From an uncultured Anaerolineales bacterium (lineage in GTDB: Bacteria; Chloroflexota; Anaerolineae; Anaerolineales; UBA11858), in the NCBI GenBank assembly GCA_964458115.1, contig CAYWIC010000003.1, forward strand, positions 1,255 to 65,254: 64,000 bases of DNA, in the 5' to 3' direction. A program made the position numbers and the translations under genes. Shown piece after piece: positions 61,335 through 64,000 of the stretch. The notes under the pieces were generated by a model. The model worked only from the letters and a program-made list of their open reading frames with translations. It did not search any database and had not been told where the DNA came from. The stretch's first letter is position 1, and each line of letters starts with the position of its first letter.

Positions 61335-62492
61335 TTACCTTGATTCAAAAATGTGCGTCAAAATCGTTGCCCCACTACCGCCAATATTCTGTGCCATACC
61401 AATTTTGGCCCCTTCTACTTGTGACCCTGAGGCTTGACCGCGCAATTGTTCCACTACTTCCACGATTTGGTACATCCCTGTAGCTCCGACGGGATGCCCG
61501 CGCGCCTTCAGCCCCCCGCGCGTGGTCACCGGAATGCGCCCATCAAGGCCAATTTCTCCCTCCAATCCCAACCGTAGCCCTCGCCCGCGCTCAGCAAAAC
61601 CAGATGCTTCCAGAGACAACGTCGCCATGATCGAGAAAGCATCGTGCAACTCGAAGAGATCGATATCTTCAGGCCCCAGACCCGCCTGGCGATAGGCTTG
61701 CTTTGCCGATCTCTCCGCGGCACCCAGCCACAGGGGGTCGTGACGATCGTGCACTGCGATGGAATCTGTTGATGCTCCAGAACCGGCTACAGTGATCAGG
61801 GGACGATCCTCTCGGTGGGGAATCGCATCAGCTGGCACGATCACTGTCGCTGCAGCGCCATCCCCAATAGCAGAAGAATCCATCAGGTTGATAGGGTTTG
61901 ACACCATAGCAGCCTTGAGATAGCGCTCTTTGGTCAGAGGGATGTGCAGACGCGCGTTGGGATTGTGTAAGGCATTGGCATGGGCGTTGATCGAGAAGGG
62001 GGCGAAGTCTGCATGCTTCCAGCCATATTCGTGCATGTAGCGCTGCATAACCAGGGCGTTGATGCCAATGAAGGACAAACCGTGGATGATTTCCCAATCG
62101 GCATCAGCAGCGGTGGCCAGACCAGCCGTGGTTTCCTTTGGGAGCGAGTCGGTCATCTTCTCCACACCGACTACGACAGCACTGTTGACCTCCCCAGACG
62201 CCACGGCCATCAAGCCCATGCGAAAGGCCGCTGCCCCAGACCCACAAGCCGCCTCGATCTTGAAGGCCTCGCGGCCGCGCATCCCCACCCAATCGACGAT
62301 CAGTGTGCCCAGTTGGTTTTGCTTGTCCAACAAACCGGAGAGCATATTGCCGACATACAGCGCCTGGGTGGATTTCACCTCAGCATCTTCCCAGGCAGCA
62401 AAGACCGCCTCCCCAGCCAATACCAACAGAGATTTATCCCAATGTTCCGAGACCGGTGTTTGCCCGATTCCTAATATAGCAACTTCACGCAT
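61335..62492 (-). CDS. Thiolase-domain protein (archaeal/SCP-x-like acetyl-CoA acetyltransferase type)
   Basis: MREVAILGIGQTPV..., EAACGSGAAAF (active-site Cys), ...HPVGATGM, ...NIGGSGAT. Start trimmed to ATG 62492 (AGGAtttatatATG). Confidence 0.85.
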   Translation of the reverse strand: MREVAILGIGQTPVSEHWDKSLLVLAGEAVFAAWEDAEVKSTQALYVGNMLSGLLDKQNQLGTLIVDWVGMRGREAFKIEAACGSGAAAFRMGLMAVASGEVNSAVVVGVEKMTDSLPKETTAGLATAADADWEIIHGLSFIGINALVMQRYMHEYGWKHADFAPFSINAHANALHNPNARLHIPLTKERYLKAAMVSNPINLMDSSAIGDGAAATVIVPADAIPHREDRPLITVAGSGASTDSIAVHDRHDPLWLGAAERSAKQAYRQAGLGPEDIDLFELHDAFSIMATLSLEASGFAERGRGLRLGLEGEIGLDGRIPVTTRGGLKARGHPVGATGMYQIVEVVEQLRGQASGSQVEGAKIGMAQNIGGSGATILTHIFESR

Positions 62493-62504
62493 ATATAAAT
62501 CCTG

Positions 62505-62549
62505 AAAATAGGTTGTGTAATCTGCGAAGCACATTACACAACCTATTTT
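62505..62549 (-). terminator. Strong intrinsic terminator after the NarL-type regulator gene
   Basis: AAAATAGGTTGTGTAAT-ctgcgaagcac-ATTACACAACCTATTTT. Confidence 0.85.
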
Positions 62550-62573
62550 CAACCATTTTCCTGGCAAAAGCTA

Positions 62574-63224
62574 TCAACTCTCATCATCTAGTGGGACGAT
62601 GCGTTGTTTAATGGCAAAAATGGCTGCCTGGGTGCGGTCGGTGAGTTGTAATTTGCTGAGGATATTGCTGACGTGGGTTTTGACGGTTTTCTCACTGACT
62701 ACCAGGGAAGCCGCGATTTGGCGATTATCCAGCCCTTGAGCGATTAGCTTCAATACCTCTAGCTCGCGCGCAGTCAGACTTTCAAGGGAGGGTGCATCTC
62801 CGGAGATCTCCTCCATTAGCCGCTTGGCAATGCGGGGATGCAGACGAGCTTCGTGTCGCGCTGCCGCCTGGACTGCCTCGATGACTTCTTCGGGAAGGGA
62901 ACTTTTCAACAAGTAGCTCAAAGCCCCGGCCTTGATTGCGGGAAAGACCAGGGCATCTTCGTGATGGCTGGTGAGCACCACCACTTGTGTATGAGGGCTG
63001 ATTTCACGGATCTGGCGGGTGGCCTCGACACCGGTCATTCCAGGCATGACCAGGTCCATCAGCACAACATCTGGAAGCAAGTCAGCGGTGTTCTCGACGG
63101 CCGATTGTCCATCTTCTGCTTCACCAAGGATTTCAAGATCATCCTGAACTTCAAGCAGTTGGCGCAAGCCCTGGCGAACGATAGGATGATCATCGACAAT
63201 CAGGACGGTTATGGTTTCGGTCAT
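62574..63224 (-). CDS. NarL/LuxR-family response regulator
   Basis: REC domain VLIVDDHP...DVVLMDLVMPGMTG. HTH domain LTARELEVLKLIAQGLDNRQIAASLVVSEKTVKTHVSNIL. Confidence 0.9.
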   Translation of the reverse strand: MTETITVLIVDDHPIVRQGLRQLLEVQDDLEILGEAEDGQSAVENTADLLPDVVLMDLVMPGMTGVEATRQIREISPHTQVVVLTSHHEDALVFPAIKAGALSYLLKSSLPEEVIEAVQAAARHEARLHPRIAKRLMEEISGDAPSLESLTARELEVLKLIAQGLDNRQIAASLVVSEKTVKTHVSNILSKLQLTDRTQAAIFAIKQRIVPLDDES

Positions 63225-63240
63225 TCTATATTTCTCGAGA

Positions 63241-63267
63241 CCCTAAGGGTTTTCAAAACCCTTAGGG
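63241..63267. repeat. 27-nt palindrome sharing the GACCCTAAGGGTTT core with 1535-1629
   Basis: CCCTAAGGGTTTT-c-AAAACCCTTAGGG, lying between the C_GCAxxG_C_C gene stop and the regulator start. Confidence 0.75.
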
Positions 63268-63282
63268 GATGATTGAATTTTT

Positions 63283-63726
63283 TTATACATCTTCCAACAA
63301 AGACAACGTCATTTCGGTCACGACTTCAACATAGTGATAGCAATGTTCGGCCTGATTTTTTGCCCGAAACTCGGCCTGGCCTTCTTCAGTAGCCAAATCA
63401 ACCTGGGTTAGTTGTCCGCAGTTGGTTGAGCCAAACTCAGCATCGAACCTTGATACCAATTTCCGAACCAGCCGATAGTTCTCTTCCACAGATTCATGGG
63501 GAGCGCTCCTACCGGTAAGCATGCTGATCCCCAGGATCGCACCACTCAGCGCGCCGCACTGGCTACTTGTGCGGGCGATGCCGCTGCAAAATCCGGTGGC
63601 AATCTTGGGAATCAATTCGGATTGAATACCTTTCGTTTCGGCAACTGCCAAAAGGACACTTTCCGCTCAGTAGAATCCGCCGGTGCTGAAGAGTTCTCTG
63701 GCGCGTTGGGGGGCATTATCGGTCAT
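63283..63726 (-). CDS. C_GCAxxG_C_C-family putative redox protein with in-frame TGA (63669-63667) at the first conserved Cys: candidate selenoprotein
   Basis: The track ORF starts at a TTG that is really internal. Upstream in frame: AAGGAGataccaATG (63726) MTDNAPQRARELFSTGGFY-TGA-AESVLLAVAETKG... The remaining family positions are present (SQCGALSG, TNCGQL, AEHCYHY). Confidence 0.65.
63629..63655 (-). promoter_or_regulatory. Candidate bacterial SECIS hairpin downstream of UGA
   Basis: mRNA CCUU-UUGGC-AGUU-GCCGA-aacga-AAGG. The tetraloop starts 20 nt after UGA and has G at its second position. Folded by eye only. Confidence 0.35.
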
Positions 63727-63737
63727 TGGTATCTCCT

Positions 63738-64000
63738 TCAAGTTGATTCTACTGGAACTGTGATGTGGATCTGCGTTCCTGTTCCGAGTGTACTCTCCAT
63801 GCTGAACTCTGCACCAATCTCTGCACTGCGCTCGTTCATGCTGCGTACCCCTAAGGATTGTGGCGGATGGACAATCTCTGTGTCAAATCCCAGGCCGTTG
63901 TCTATGATGGTCAGGCATACATTGGCTGGATCATACGCTAGCACGATGGAGACCTGGCTAGCCTCTGCGTGGCTGGCGATATTATTGAGCGCTTCTTGGG
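63738..64000 (-). CDS. Sensor histidine kinase, C-terminal HATPase part (NarL-partner type; gene continues past the right edge)
   Basis: The frame is open to the window edge: QEALNNIASHAEASQVSIVLAYDPANVCLTIIDNGLGFD...GVRSMNERSAEIGAEFSMESTLGTGTQIHITVP. Confidence 0.8.
   Translation of the reverse strand, partial: QEALNNIASHAEASQVSIVLAYDPANVCLTIIDNGLGFDTEIVHPPQSLGVRSMNERSAEIGAEFSMESTLGTGTQIHITVPVEST

Overview
64-kb chromosomal window with dense, mostly short-spaced operons on both strands. I saw no rRNA, CRISPR array, transposase or integrase. The protein repertoire includes an ECF41-type sigma factor, the DUF3090/SCO1664/phosphomutase trio, an LPxTGF-sortase fusion, Hanks kinase/FHA parts and many Thr/Pro linkers. 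This suggests a Chloroflexota (Anaerolineae-like) or related Terrabacteria genome, which is inference only. I call about 58 CDS, one tRNA-Leu(CAA), a decayed glgC pseudogene, several strong intrinsic terminators and three small families of dispersed palindromic repeats.

Main points of interest:
1. A left-end minus-strand cassette (1-8917) encodes an Hsp70/actin-fold ATPase fused to FHA, a 930-aa membrane-associated HerA/FtsK-type P-loop ATPase with Ser/Thr-rich tracts, a small helical Cys protein, and at least three tandem polyacidic paralogues sharing an N-terminal module. A Hanks Ser/Thr kinase is transcribed divergently. I do not recognise this combination as a named system.
2. Two redox genes are each interrupted by an in-frame TGA exactly at a conserved active-site Cys: a membrane thioredoxin-fold protein with U-x-x-C, and a C_GCAxxG_C_C family protein. 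Each TGA is followed by a hairpin, so both are candidate selenoproteins.
3. A secreted 7-bladed FG-GAP propeller, an internal LPSTG motif and a sortase domain are fused in one polypeptide.
4. A conserved uncharacterised trio (histidine phosphatase, DUF3090, SCO1664 kinase-like) abuts an ECF41 sigma gene.
5. Phased DnaA-box-like direct repeats lie in an AT-rich divergent intergenic region.
6. A GH66 + GH15 + ABC + ROK locus is probably for dextran or isomalto-oligosaccharide use.

All family assignments come from motif reading by eye, with no database search.
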